This document shows, one piece after another, positions 63,665-64,000 of a stretch of 64,000 nt of DNA. This DNA is from Eledone cirrhosa (Eukaryota). The stretch covers positions 362,824,001 to 362,888,000 of the forward strand of contig OZ024743.1 in NCBI GenBank assembly GCA_964016885.1. The letters are read 5' to 3'. The notes below the pieces were generated by a model that saw only the letters and a list, made by a program, of their open reading frames with translations, ran no database searches and was not told the DNA's origin. The first letter of the stretch is position 1. Every line of letters starts with the position of its first letter. Both the position numbers and the translations under genes were made by a program.

Positions 63665-63994
63665 CAGCGTTTCTCAACCGGTGTTCCCCGAAACCTAGGA
63701 TTCCGCAATAGGTCACTAGGGGTTTCGCGAGAACCAGTGATAAATAAACTAATGTATTTCTTAAAAGTAATTTTTGTTTAATTTTATATTCGTAATTTTA
63801 CTATGCATTTACGACATATTGTCGGAAAATCCTTATTTATTTTAAGAAAAGCTTCAACCTCTTATATTATTTAAAACTAGGTCAATATAAGAGATAGATA
63901 TTACTAATGGTATATAATAATTTTTATGTAGGGGTTCCTGAGACATGAACATATTTCAAGGGTTCCACAAGGGTAAAAAGGTTGAGAAACGCTG
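63665..63994. mobile_element. hAT-type MITE (330 bp)
   Basis: Perfect 15-bp TIRs CAGCGTTTCTCAACC/GGTTGAGAAACGCTG. TSD CTCTAAAG at 63657-63664, repeated as CTCTAA at the window end. Confidence 0.9.
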
Positions 63995-64000
63995 CTCTAA

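Overview
Repeat-rich, AT-rich animal genomic DNA, not prokaryotic. The SINE families and (TA)n/(CA)n/(TACA)n density suggest a cephalopod such as octopus (inference only). The window holds one host gene: a + strand PLP-dependent group II decarboxylase of the CSAD/GADL1 family. It has 14 coding exons (27752-47698, all GT-AG, phases join into a 500-aa ORF), a probable TATA/Inr promoter and 60-nt untranslated exon at about 18.2 kb, and a non-canonical substrate-selectivity motif (Y-x19-A-x-H). The rest is mostly mobile DNA: a near full-length L1/Tx1-type LINE with an intact ORF2 (1-5404); degenerate RTE, CR1, HERO-like, CRE-like, R4-like, Penelope and Helitron copies; two hAT elements with TSDs; many tRNA-derived SINEs; and a 29-bp minisatellite. 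Not visible in the ORF track are several type I hammerhead ribozyme motifs, including a complete one with a compensatory U3-A8 core (10925-11013), and two long palindromes folded back inside half-hammerheads. All calls come from reading the sequence; no searches were run, and degenerate repeat boundaries are approximate.
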